A stretch of 64,000 nt of DNA from Octopus vulgaris (taxonomy: Eukaryota): the NCBI GenBank assembly GCA_951406725.2, contig OX597818.1:806001-870000 (forward strand), read 5' to 3'. Below are positions 49,688 to 62,420 of this stretch, in pieces. Numbering within the stretch: position 1 is the first letter of the stretch; every line of letters starts with the position of its first letter. Below the pieces are notes generated by a model, which was not told the origin of the DNA, searched no databases, and was given only the letters and a program-made list of their open reading frames with translations. The position numbers and the translations under genes are program-made.

Positions 49688-52600
49688 TTGTAGCCTAGAG
49701 AGCTGAGAACAAACATCTTCCAGAGAACCAGCATAGTTTCCTGGTTTCTTGTTCTGAAAGTTTGCAGAATCCATCCGATCGTTAACCTGCACATTGCCAC
49801 CACCTAGGTGATATTTACGTAAGATAATGCATTGTTGCTCATATCAATCCCCAGGTCACACACTGTATTTGACTCTGGGATTGTTGCTCCTTTTGGTCCA
49901 AACTACCTTTGTTGCAGTGTATTAGCATGAGCTGGCTGATAGAGAGCTTGGAATTTTTGTTGCATTAAGTTGCCTGTTATTTTCTTCAGGCCATTTGTAT
50001 ATGGTGTCAAGATCTTTGACTGCCTATACTACTATTGTATCATCAGCATAGCTAGTAAGTTTGGCTGCCCGTGTAACTAATGGCATTTCCAAGACAGCCA
50101 TAAGAATCTGTAGCAATTCCAAGAGGCACTTCCCTGACTATTATTGTCTCCTTGAAGAGGGCTCCACTGGCTGCCGCAACCTGAATTCTGTCTTATAAGA
50201 AGTCGTGCAATCTCTCTCCCAGCTTTCAACCATGCTGAGTCTTCATAGCCTGTGACATATCAATTCATGATCAACCTTATGAAAGGCCTTTGCAAAATCG
50301 AGATATATCCCATCCATGTTTAAACAATTAATAAATTGTTTCAATGCCAGTCATAATGCTGCAAAAGCTGTGTAAAGCAGTTTCTTTCCAAGCAGAAGCT
50401 ATGCTATGAATCAGGGAGCAAGTCATTATCTCCTAGAAATATGATTGGCTTCCTCCTGATAGTTCATTTCATGTCTACTGACATAGGTTAGAAAGACAGG
50501 CCTATAATTTTTAGCATCTGTTTTGCTTTCTCCTTAATGGATAGAATACATTATGCCTTCCTTTAACTTTCTGGAAGTCTGCCACTTGCAAGGAAGCTTT
50601 AGAAGAGGAACTGCCATGGTCTTGCTAGGGTTCCTTTGCAATGAATGTTTTAGGAGGATTGCTAGGAATCCACCAGGGCTTGTGGCTGAGTTTAAGTTCA
50701 TTTCATGTAATCGATAATTGCCACCTCTTTGTGCTTTGTGTAGAGTTGGGGTGCCAAAGAACTCACCAGGCATAGCTATTTTGCAAGTGTTCCAACAGAG
50801 CTGTGAAAACATTTTTGAATTGTACATTCAGTATTTTACTTATCTTTTGGGGGTCCACAGCGAGTGAGTCATTTTCTTTAAACAGTGGCCCTATCTTGTA
50901 CTATACTGAAGCAGCTTCTTTTGCAAGTCTATAGTAGGCTTTAGAGTTTGTCTTTACATTTTTTACAGACCACAGCCCTGGATTTCTGCACTCTTCTTTT
51001 AATGGAGTATTTAAGTTTACTTTCAATCTCATTAAATGTTTGTTTGAGATAGGTTTCTTCACTATCCTTTAGTGGTCCATTTAGCCAATTTGAGACATAC
51101 ATATAAGTCAAAAGGACTTAAGAAAAAAACCACAACTGTAAAGCCTATCTTTTGTGTTAAATATGAGGATTTTAGGAAAAGACTAACAGAAAGATTAATA
51201 GAGTGTATACACGCATAAGTACACATAAGGATAGCATGTTGAAACAGTATCCTTTCAGGTGAGGAAGAGATGAAAAAGCTTTGATGTATGAGCTTTTCTT
51301 GAGTTTTTAGTAATGAAAAGGCATCAGGAATGGAAAATAAGTTATGTTTAAGTTATCGCAAACTTATCTACTCATCAAAACTTATCACTTTGTTCAAAAT
51401 TTATCTACTTATCTACTAGTTTGACAATCTTGAAGAATACTGACATATGTCACTTAATAAAATATATAACAGAAGAAAATAAGTACTAGGAAGATATGGT
51501 CGTCTAAGACCCAGGAAAGTGGTGCATAGTCACTAAATGATATTAAGGCATTAGTTCATTAAAATTTTCCTGTCTCTGGAAATTATGTTTTTTTGTTGGT
51601 TTGATATTCTCTCAGGGCAAACTTACTGCATATATCTTGCATGATGATCATAAAGCATTGTAGCTTTATATCAATACCCAATGTAGCAAACCAGGACCTT
51701 TTTGAACATCTTTCCAATTAGAATTACAAAAGCTCAGGCTGGAAAGGAGTCAAGTGCTTCTAGTAGACTGCATGTCTGCAATTTTCTGCAGACCATACAT
51801 TGTTGGTTCTACTAAGTTATGGTCTGAGAAACTCATTGGTGTTGCCTTAATATTTTGGATGTATAATGTGTTATTTGTAGAGCAGAGGTCCAGCACATTT
51901 TTACCCCTTGTTGGGTGGAACACTATTTGCTCCATAAATACCCTGTTTGTAAGGTCAAGCTGAAATCTGGCCTGCCTTTGCTCATGCAGTGACATATCTC
52001 AGAGGGGAGATTTGACATCAGCAAATTTGAAGTCTTTTAGAAGTATGTGAAGACTGTCATCTAGTTTGTTTAATACAGCTTCCATCTTTTTGAGGCTCTC
52101 TTCAAATGAGTAGCCATGATTTGGAGTATCTAGTGGGAAATAAGTAGTGCACGTTACCATTATAATCTGTTTAATATCTACCATCAGTGAGTCACAAACT
52201 GAGTTTGAGTGTGACAGGAAGACTACAGGTGTGACATCTTCCTAGATGTACATTGCAACACCATCATGAGTTCCTTCTATCCTATTAGTTTGAAATACAA
52301 CATACTTCAGTATGTGTATCACAGCATCTGCTGTGTCAGTGGTCAGATGTGTTTCTGTTAGTGCCATGCATATTGCTTGATGATATGTAACTAAGTCTCT
52401 CAAGTATGGAGTTTTATGCTGGTGGGATGTTACAAGGCTCCTGGTATTCAGTGGGAATGTATGGGGTGTCAGTAGTGGCTGCTGGACTGGTATTTGTGGA
52501 GGCATCAGGGGTGGCTTGTTTGTAATGGTTTTGTATGCTGATATGTGTTTCTGTGACATAATGTTTGATGAAGCCAGGCCAGCTTCCAGATCCTTTGAAC

Positions 52601-53400
52601 CGAATCAAAAAAGTATGCTGTTTGTCTGCTGCTGTCTGCACCTTATCTACATTTTGCCTCATCTTAGGAGTGGTGCATGCAACATCTGAATGTTCCCAGA
52701 GCAGAAGCTGTATGTATTGTAACCTGGTCTTTTGTCCTTTCTGATTCTGATGGAAGTGTTTACTTTCTGAGGAACAGTTTTACCTGGTTTTTAATTGAGC
52801 AAAACAGATACTGTTCACAAAAGATTTGGAATGAGCAAATAATCAGCCTGTCCGAGTATCTTCATACCAGTAGGTACCATTTGCACAGAAATTAGAGACA
52901 GCTTGAGTTTTCTTTTTCACAGAGCTTTTGTTTCTGCAAGTTCTACATTTTTTGTCTTTCTTCTCACCTTGGACCAATGGACTTCCACAGTTTGCTTTCT
53001 TTCTTGTGTCTCCACCTTCATCTTTGGCTTTGTCTGTATTTCCTGGTTTGTCTTTGTTTTGCTGTTGCTTTCCTTGGGCTCACAGTTGCCTAGAATGGTG
53101 ATGCCTGTTTTGTTGCATTTGTCTCTCACAGTATCACGTTGACCCTTCATAAATTCTATTGAGTTAGTCAAGAGTGTGTAACTGGTTTCTTTTCAATCTT
53201 TTCCATATAACCCTCCTTTTTTAAGACACTGACCAATAATTCAATATGCAATGTAACAAGGGCATATGAAGAAATAAATTCGTCCATATTACTTTGTATT
53301 TGAGTCATGGTTTGGTGAATAGCAATGCTCTTCAGGGTTTCTGTGATTAGGTTGTTTGGTGATGATCCTTCTGCTAAGTTTCATGAAAGAAGTATTGCTT
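49688..53400 (-). mobile_element. Old CR1-type LINE (ORF1 remnant, APE, RT), 3' end missing; related to 3833-4942
   Basis: ALTETHL, GVAMYI, PTRGKNVLDL, SDHNLV, IYLDFAKAF.KVDH, SYADDT, DLGIDMSN, FRTR. Confidence 0.9.
51095..51551 (+). repeat. 457-bp near-identical direct copy of 53690-54147, interrupting the LINE
   Basis: One 1-bp indel and one substitution seen between the copies. Confidence 0.95.
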
Positions 53401-54435
53401 TCATTTCTTCAAACTGCCAGTTTGTTTGGATTTTAAAGTTGCAGTTGGTATTGATAAGGTTCCATTTGTTCACATAGGGAAGAAAGGAGAGTAGGAAGAA
53501 GTAGAGAGCGATATGGAAAGAGAGAAAGTGAGAGAGAGAGAGAAAGAGAAAGAGAGAGAGAGAGAAAGTAAAATGACATGAAGCAGCAGAGAGGGAAAAA
53601 CAGAGATAAGAGAATCTCAATAAGAGGAACAGAGAGATAAATCAATGTGAATAGAGTTGAAAAGATAGAGAGGGATCAATTTATTATATACATACATATA
53701 AGTCAAAAGGACTTAAGAAAAAAACCACAACTGTAAAGCCTATCTTTTGTGTTAAATATGAGGATTTTAGGAAAAGACTAACAGAAAGATTAATAGAGTG
53801 TATACACGCATAAGTACACATAAGGATAGCATGTTGAAACAGTATCCTTTCAGGTGAGGAAGAGATGAAAAAGCTTTGATGTATGAGCTTTTCTTGAGGT
53901 TTTTAGTAATGAAAAGGCATCAGGAATGGAAAATAAGTTATGTTTAAGTTATCGCAAACTTATCTACTCATCAAAACTTATCACTTTGTTCAAAATTTAT
54001 CTACTTATCTACTAGTTTGACAATCTTGAAGAATACTGACATATGTCACTTAATAAAATATATAACAGAAGAAAATAAGTACTAGGAAGATATGGTCGTC
54101 TAAGACCCAGGAAAGTGGTGCATAGTCACTAAACGATATTAAGGCATGTTTTAGGGAGTTTAAATAACCAAACTCCAAGGGACAGCTATAGGTAGTGGTA
54201 TTTGTGGTCTGTGTTGTTAGATTAATTATCTCAATGTTTGAGATTAATTACTGTTAATAAAATTATAGCTTATTATAATCTATACAAATGAAACTTTAAA
54301 AAATATTTCTATGACTTCGTTTAGATCATCAGTTTGATCTTTGATCGCCTATAGAGGATATGTACATAGTATCAGGCTGTATTCAAACTAGGAACCTTTA
54401 TGTCTAAATTGAGAAGAAATGTGGTATGGATGACA

Positions 54436-54488
<53 letters not shown>

Positions 54489-55446
54489 TGTGTGAATGTG
54501 TGCGTGCGTGCGTGTGTAAACAAAATTGCTTCTTCCTTATTAGCTGAAAAATTCTAGTAGAATAAAATAAATCTTTATTGTGATGTTTAGAGTTATTTCC
54601 CTTAGAAGTGGTATAATAACTGAAGTTATTTCCCTTATACAATAGTTAATGTCCTGTATGGGTTGCTTCGTAGCAAATGTATTTGGGAAGATATTCAAAA
54701 TTCATAATACGAGATAATCGTAGGCGCAGTATGGATGAATGATTAAGAAGTTTGCTTTGCAACCACAACGTTCCATCTTGGACAAATGTCTTATTCTATA
54801 ACCTTGGATCGCTCCATACCTTGTGAAATTATGTACAAGCTAACTTGTAATTCAAAAGATGCAGCCCTGTCACACTGATTCTGTCTGAGAATTACATTAA
54901 CGATAACCTACAAGTTAATTCAGTCGATTGAACAACTCAATCCTGATCATCAAATAATGGAAATTCTCGAGCCCCACCACCACTACCACAAAATAACCAA
55001 TAATAGCCACATCTCGCAATCGAGTATGACATTGGTAGCATGTGCCATGCTTTTGGAGATAGTTTTAGATACCAATGTAGTCACGATCAGACATAAACGT
55101 CTTGGCCCTCACTCACCTTAAAACACTGAGAGCAAAGTGAAATGAAGCACTTTGCTCAACAACATAATGTCTAGACCAGTAACGGAACCCATGAACATGT
55201 GATCATGAGACTAACATCCTAACCACTTGGCCACATGCCTACACAATATAATATGGGAAAACCAGATCAAGAGGCAAAATGAAACAAAATCAAATATAGC
55301 AGTACAGTATACCTGTCTGTCTGTCTGTCTATCTATCTATCAAAGTGCTCCAGATAGGTAGGTATTTATCCTGTTGCTCCAATAATGGTAGGTATGAAGC
55401 TGAGAGCGCAACTTGGGTTCTGGATTTGCAAACTCCATAGATGTTC

Positions 55447-55703
55447 TTATATATCTATTATGGCCAATCTTACCAATCAGTTTTGCACTAGGTGTTCAGC
55501 AGAGTGTAGGTAACAGTCTGATTATGCAACACCATGCTCTTCAGAGTTAGCTGTTATGGAATGATATGGTAATCGCCATATTTCATTTCATAACAGTTAC
55601 TTCTGAAGATTGCAGGGTTACATATTCAGATTGTTACCTATAACACTCCGTTGAACATCTAGTGTGAAACCGATTGGTAAGATCAGCTGTAATTGATATA
55701 TAA
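55447..55703. repeat. 257-bp imperfect palindrome (hairpin MITE-like)
   Basis: Arms pair from ttatatatc / gatatataa inward to gatatgg-taatcg-ccatatt. Confidence 0.85.
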
Positions 55704-55769
55704 TGCTGTACACTTTGATTAATATACCTACTCTCCTGACAGATATACGAGTATATTTTTTCTTGATGA

Positions 55770-55857
<88 letters not shown>

Positions 55858-55859
55858 TT

Positions 55860-56620
55860 CTTCTCTTTCTTTCTTAGAGTAAATTTTCACCAGCCATCTA
55901 CTTGGTAGCAAGGTTGTGAAGGAAAGCATCACACTTTGTTAATCATCCTTTAAAAAGGCCTTGCAGAATTTTATAGTCCCAGATATTGTGATCATTTGTG
56001 GCATATGAATTAAGGATTTGTATTCTCTCCCCAAGAACCCAAGTTCAGCCATACTTTGCTTTAGACAGGTATTTATCTTGTTGCTCCAATAATAATAGGT
56101 ATGAAGCTGAAAGTACATCTTGGGTACTGGATTTGCAAACTCCTAATCAATGGTCCATAGATGACCTCTTTCTCTTGTATTTTTCTAATCACATTGGTAT
56201 CTAGAGGGCAGCTGATTTCCACATCAGACCATATCTTTTCCTTGTGGTCCCACACAACAATATCTGACCAGTTGTGTCTTAACTTGGTTGTTTTAATTTT
56301 TAAGTTCTACCAATATTCTTCTGAACCATTGGTCTCAATATAGTCCAAATTCGTCTGTAGGTGTTTTCTTTTTTGTTATCCTGATCCAGACCATTCTGGT
56401 CACAGCATCATGCCTCATACCTCATGCAAAGATAATATCTAGAAGACATTTTCTCACAATTGGAAATAATGTGGTTGATGTCTTTAGTTTTGGTCTTGCA
56501 CAGCTGACATTTGTTGTCTGTGAACGTTTTTGTCTTTATGCTGTGGTTACTTGTTGGAGATCTCTTGTTCTTGAATTGCATTGAGGTAGCCCTCAAAGAC
56601 ACATGTCATAAACTTGTTGT
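55860..56620 (-). mobile_element. R4/Dong-type (restriction-like endonuclease) non-LTR element, 3' fragment
   Basis: [16 protein letters not shown] motif CQLCK...DINHIISNC, HNWSDIVVWD...VEISCP.D.N...K..EK...Y, IPIIIGA. Confidence 0.88.
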
Positions 56621-56666
56621 TATACGTATGTATGTATGTATGTATGTATGTATGTATGTATGTATG

Positions 56667-56704
<38 letters not shown>

Positions 56705-56727
56705 AATATATATATTTATTTGTATAC

Positions 56728-56789
<62 letters not shown>

Positions 56790-56790
56790 C

Positions 56791-56915
56791 AATTGCAGCA
56801 TGAAAGGTGTTTATAAGCCATTTAAGAAACAAACAAAAACCGTTAGATTCACTTCAACATTTAAAATTAATTTGTGTTTCTTAAATGGCTTATAAACACC
56901 TTCCACACTGCAATT
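56791..56915. repeat. Inverted repeat with 41-bp arms between (TA)n tracts
   Basis: 56791-56831 versus the reverse complement of 56875-56915 shows 3 differences. Confidence 0.9.
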
Positions 56916-56976
56916 TCATTCCAGCACATGATCTCAGAATCTCAGATCAGGTCACTTGCTATGCAAGTACATCTCC

Positions 56977-57010
<34 letters not shown>

Positions 57011-57014
<4 letters not shown>

Positions 57015-57225
57015 GGGGTACTGAAAAGTTCGTGGCTTTGGGTAAAAGGAAATACTGGAGGATCCATTAATGATGTCTTTATTCAGCATATTCTCCTCTT
57101 AGATTCACACTTATTTCAGCAAACCTTCAGTTTTTCTAAGCCCTGTAAAAGAACTTGGGAAGATGGGCCTCTAACCAGGCCTTTCATGATACTCTTAAAG
57201 CCAGGAGCTTTTCAGCACCCTTTCA
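57011..57225. mobile_element. Mariner-derived MITE
   Basis: TA-tgagggggtactgaaaagttcgtggcttt ... aaagccaggagcttttcagcaccctttca-TA. Confidence 0.85.
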
Positions 57226-57254
57226 TATATGTGTACATGTATGTGTATATATAC

Positions 57255-57447
57255 AGGTGACCTTGTCACTGCTGGTGCCACATAATAAACACCCATTACA
57301 CTCTGTGAGGTGGTTGGTGTTAAGAAGGGCATCCAGCTGTAGAAGCAGACAATGGAACCTGGTATGGCTCCCAGCTCCTGTCAAACTGTCTAACCCATGC
57401 CAATATGGAAAATGGATGTTAAATGAAGAAAATGATGATGATGATAT
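57255..57447 (+). mobile_element. RTE-type 3' end
   Basis: gaagggcatccagctgtag...ggatgttaaat(gat)n. Confidence 0.8.
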
Positions 57448-57448
57448 G

Positions 57449-58657
57449 ATTGGCTGAAAAGTTTGGAGGTTGACCAAGACACTCTCAGGAAATGTAGCCA
57501 AATGAGGTTTATTTTTCAAAAATATCCCCCTTCTTCCATTGGTGTTGCAGTGCTTGGATTCCGTTCCCAAAAAAATCATTAATAGCAGACATGATGTCAT
57601 CATCACTGCAATGGTTTCCAACCAAGTATTTTTTCATGTTAGGGAGGATAGTGAAGGTGATTAATCAGTTCAAAGACACAGTCACACACAACAGCCATTG
57701 AAATTAAGGATGTGTGCTGAAGCATTATTCTGATGAAACAAAACCCCTTTTATCAGTTTTCCTGATCATTTGGCCTTGATAGTCTTTCATAACTGCCTCA
57801 GCAAATTGGCATAGTACTCTCCATTGCTGGTGCTCCTCTTTTCAAGATAGTCAGTAAACACAATGCTTTTTGCACTCCAAAACACTGAGACCATCACCTT
57901 CCCTGCAGGGGAAACAACTTTGACCTCTTTTGGAGCAGGTGAGGAAGGGTATTTCCACTGCATGGATTGTCTCTTTGTCTCTGGCTCAAAATGATGAAGC
58001 CAGCATTCATCCTGAGTTAGGAAACATTCAAGGGAACCAGCTGGATCTGCTTCAAACAATGTCAGATTTTCCTGTGAGGTGATCAGCCTGGTGGGCTTTT
58101 GATCAGGTGTTAGAGGACATGGCAGCCACTGAGCAGAAGCCTTTGTCATGTCAAGTTCATTGTGCAGAATATTCTCAAGTCTCTCATAGGATATGCTTAC
58201 AGCATTGACTATTTGATTTATAGTCAGTTGTCTGTCAGCAATCACTATGTGGTGAACACAATCAATGTTTCCCTTGGTGGTGGTAGTTGCAGGTCATCCA
58301 GAACTTGGGTCATTTTCAAGACTCTTCCTTTCCCCTCCTAAATTCAGCCGCCCACTTTTGCACTGTTGATAAAGCATCATCTCACTAATGTAGCAACCAT
58401 GTCAGCATAAATGTCCTTGGGGAGAAAGCCCTTTTTCTGCAGGTACTTGATAACAACACGATGCCAAAGTTTGTCAATTTTTAAGAGATATCACCACTAG
58501 TTACTTTTGAAGTGTTCTTTAAACAGTGAGTAATCAGTTTACCTGGAAAGAAACAGTACAGTTATTAAAAGAAGAGTAGAAATTAAAGCATGCAAGATTT
58601 CACAGTTCTAGCATCACTCCTTCATAGTTAGTCTATTAACTTTTCAGTCTGTCCTTG
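57449..58657 (-). mobile_element. Mariner relic with both TIRs
   Basis: ORF 57787..58245 (W.P..LT, TQDECW.HHFEPETK, GKVMVSVFW). TIRs ggctgaaaagtt / aacttttcagtc. Confidence 0.92.
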
Positions 58658-58686
58658 TGTGTATGTTTATGTGTATATGTATGTTT

Positions 58687-58990
58687 TGGAGGTGTGAAAT
58701 GTGTGGCCATGAACTCCTTTCCAAGGCAAGATATGCCAACCATCTGAGGTCCCATGAAAAATCAACTGTATGCAAAGTTTTCCCTCCCAGACTAGGTTAT
58801 TCAATGTGTGTGGTGTGTGAAAGGGCTTACAATATGATTTCGGGTCTGAAGAGAATCATGGTGGTTCACAGTGATCATATTTCACAGAGTGATCAGATCA
58901 ATCTTGTGGAAGTTACAACTTTTATCTGTCACCTATGCTTCAAACCATGCAGCTCTGCAGTGGGACTGAACAGTCATCTGAGGGTCATAG
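58687..58990 (+). pseudogene. Three degenerate C2H2 zinc fingers, probably the C-terminal tail of an RTE/BovB-type ORF2
   Basis: CEMC..HLRSH, CVVC..GLKRIMVVH, CHLC..GLNSHLRVI. No TGEKP linkers, two His ligands lost, no real start codon. Confidence 0.55.
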
Positions 58991-61900
58991 ATAGAAAGGA
59001 AAGCAGTCAATTATATTGCAAGTCAGTGAATCATTTCCTACACTTGGTTTCCACACGCACACACACACTTACACATTCATTAGATAGTTCCATCAATTAT
59101 TATAAATGAATATTTGAATTGTACAATTAACTTAAAACTAATTATTGTATTTTAGTGTAAGTGGGTGAGTATTCCCCAGACATGTGTGCATTTAAATGTA
59201 ATTCCTGGGCAGAATCAACATGACACACAGTGTAAGAAAACTGATCCTGAGAAACACAAGTACATTCCATCTAGGTAGCTTCTTCACAGTTTCTGTTATG
59301 GACTGTCACATGTCACAAGTTGGATTGAGGTTATAGGGAGGAAAGTTATTTTATCTAGGTTGCCATGTTGTGAGATTGAACCAGGATCTACATGATTGTG
59401 GAGTAAACTTAACCACATTGTCACAGTCTAGGATGCATGTACACACATAAATACGTATGAACACACATACACATGGATATGTATATGAAAAGCCAGTTTT
59501 ATGTGTGTAATTTTTATTTGCTTACATCATCAAACAATCATCTGCTAATTATGTCAACTATCTAACAACAAAGCAAAATAGGTAATAACCATTTAATAAA
59601 CGTGAAACCTCAAATAGTCATCGACAAATATCTCATAACCATCTAGTAAATATCTAACAATCATATATTAAATTTATAATAATCATGTAATAATTGTTAA
59701 ATAACCATCTAATAAAAATCTAATTACTCATCTAAAAGCCATATAATAACCTTTTAGTAACTTTCTCATGATTATGTAACAACCATCTAAGAACAATTAG
59801 TAACAATATAATAATCATCAAATACCCATGAATTAACCATCAAATATCTGTCTTACCATCATGTAATAACCTACAATTAATCAACTAATAACCTAGTAAC
59901 AGTCTTGTAATAACCATTGAATGACCCTCAAATAAGCATGCATTTTTGCCCCATGGTTTGAAATATCAACTTTTCTAAATCAAATCCAAGAAATGTTTAT
60001 CAAATGTGTAAAATATTACGAAACTGTTTTACTTAAAATGCTAAATTGGAACCATAAACTTTATTGTCCTATTCTATTATCATACCTTTTGATACCAATG
60101 TGGGACTCTGAGAAATCACAAATGTAAAATTCTTTAAAATAGAAATAATTCAGAAAAGCAAAGAAATCAGTAGAATTTTCAGTTTGATTAGAGAGATTTC
60201 CATGTAGGAAAATAAGGAAAGAAAATGTTCTCTTCAAAAGAGTTTTCCTTATAGCTAAACAGATAATAATCCCCAAATTAATATAAAATAACCAGTTGGT
60301 AGATCTGAATATTGAAACACACTACCAATACGGAAGAGAGAAAAATATACTTAATCCTGTCAAAATCTTTATTTTAAACAAGGGATTCACAGAGAAATGG
60401 AAATTAAAGAATTTTGCTGTATCCCACCAGTCTTGGTGTCAGGATTTTTTAATGCTCTATATTATATAAAGCAAGATATATTTGTGTAGACAACTGCAAA
60501 CTAATTTTATTAAAAGACACTATTTACATAATTATGTAGAAAATATATTAAAAATGATCCAATTATTCATAGAAGGCAAGAAGAATGAAGTTATTGCTGA
60601 TGGATGGCAAAGCTTAGAGTTTCAGTGTGGCATATTGCTACTTTGGTTAGATGTTCCATCAAAGTTCAGCTTTACCTTTCATTCCACTGAGACTGATAAA
60701 TAATTATTTGTAAAATAGTGAAATTAATTCCAAAATTCAAAAGCTACCTCCTCGAAATGGTCTCATGCTAATCAGGAAAAGAAATATATTTATAAATCTT
60801 GTCAAAGAAATGTAAATTGGAAGACATAGTAAGACACCAGGCTAAATTCTTTATAGTTCTATCAAAATATCTTCTGAATTAAAAATACCATTGAGTCAGA
60901 AATTGGTAAAAGAAATATTTCAGTCAACTACAGTCTTCTCCTATAAGGGACAATGTACCTAATCAAAACAAAGCACTGTTAGTACAACTCTCAATAAACT
61001 TTATAAGGAAGATAATAAAACACTTTCAATTAGAATAGATTAAAATCCTATTTTTTTATTGCAAGATTTGCCAGAAACTCAACTGAATTCCTAAGTTTCT
61101 TAATGACCAAATGTCAAATGGATTGCTCTGAATCAAATACTTTGTAAGGATTTTCAACTATATGGAATACTTCAGTCCTATTCAGCAGATGGTATTAAGA
61201 GTACAGACTACTTTGAACCAAATATTCTATAGATGGTTTCTACTGTTGTGGAAAATTCCTGACAAGAATGTTTTTCTTTAACTTTCTCTTTAGCTATGTT
61301 CACCAAAGTTAAACACAAATAAAATTAAATGCAGTGCACAGTGCAATACCAGTAGCTTGGTTTGAACACATGACATAGCCTACTTAAACATTAAAGAAAT
61401 AACAACTCTTAACAAGATTAGTATCAAGCAAAAGTATGTTATCTTTGTCAAGGTTGCAGTCCAACTAATTGCTGTTGTATTTATAATATGAACTCTGACA
61501 TTAGTTGCTGATGTGTATGTGTGTCATTACTTAACAAGTAGTTTCTAGCAGATAGCCATCCCCACCTTGTTAGCTTCTCTTTAATTAGTTACTGTAAGGA
61601 AAGATTCCATAACAGATAATTTGCCTTTTGTGACAATTGCCAAGGAAGAGAACCTGAAGTGGGCAAGGGAAAAGCACACTAAATGTGTATATAAATATAC
61701 ATTGTGCTGATTATATATATATATGTATGTATGTATGTATATATGTTTATATATATATTCATACAAGAGAGAGAGCAAGAGGTGTATGTTCGCATGCTCA
61801 TCTCCACATATAAAACAGGTTCATGAAGACAACTTCCTGTGTTTAGGTCATCCAGGTTTAATTTGGACATTTATAACTTAGCTGTCTGCTGGCTTACTGG

Positions 61901-62420
61901 ACTAATATCGGCTAAATTCCATGACTGGGCAGTTGTGCTCTGCAGTCTTTTATTCAGACATTGTCAATTCTTTTTAGGGAATGAACACACAATATTGAAC
62001 AGGACAAAATCTTACTTCAATATCTTTTACTCCACATTCTAACAACTTTCTAACTTTATTTTCTTTTTAATCATTTGATGAAAACAATATATATATGTTT
62101 TGCTGTTTTCAAAATCGTTTTTATAGAATCTTTTCAGAATTACCAGAATTTTGCCATTTAAATAGTCTTTCTTTCATGATTCCTAAGTAAATTCACACCA
62201 AGATTAATTTTATATTTTTCTACAATTTCATTCTGCTGATTTATCACAATAGTTTATAAGTTCAGAATTAAAACCCAAGACTTAGAACTCTTTAAATGTT
62301 GATTCAGTAAAAGACTTTGTATTGCAAAGAAAAGAAAAAGAATAAAAAACATAAAAATCTACAAAAGGAGCAAAGTAGCTGGAAAATATTCAAATCCAGC
62401 CAAATCTGACATATCCAAAA

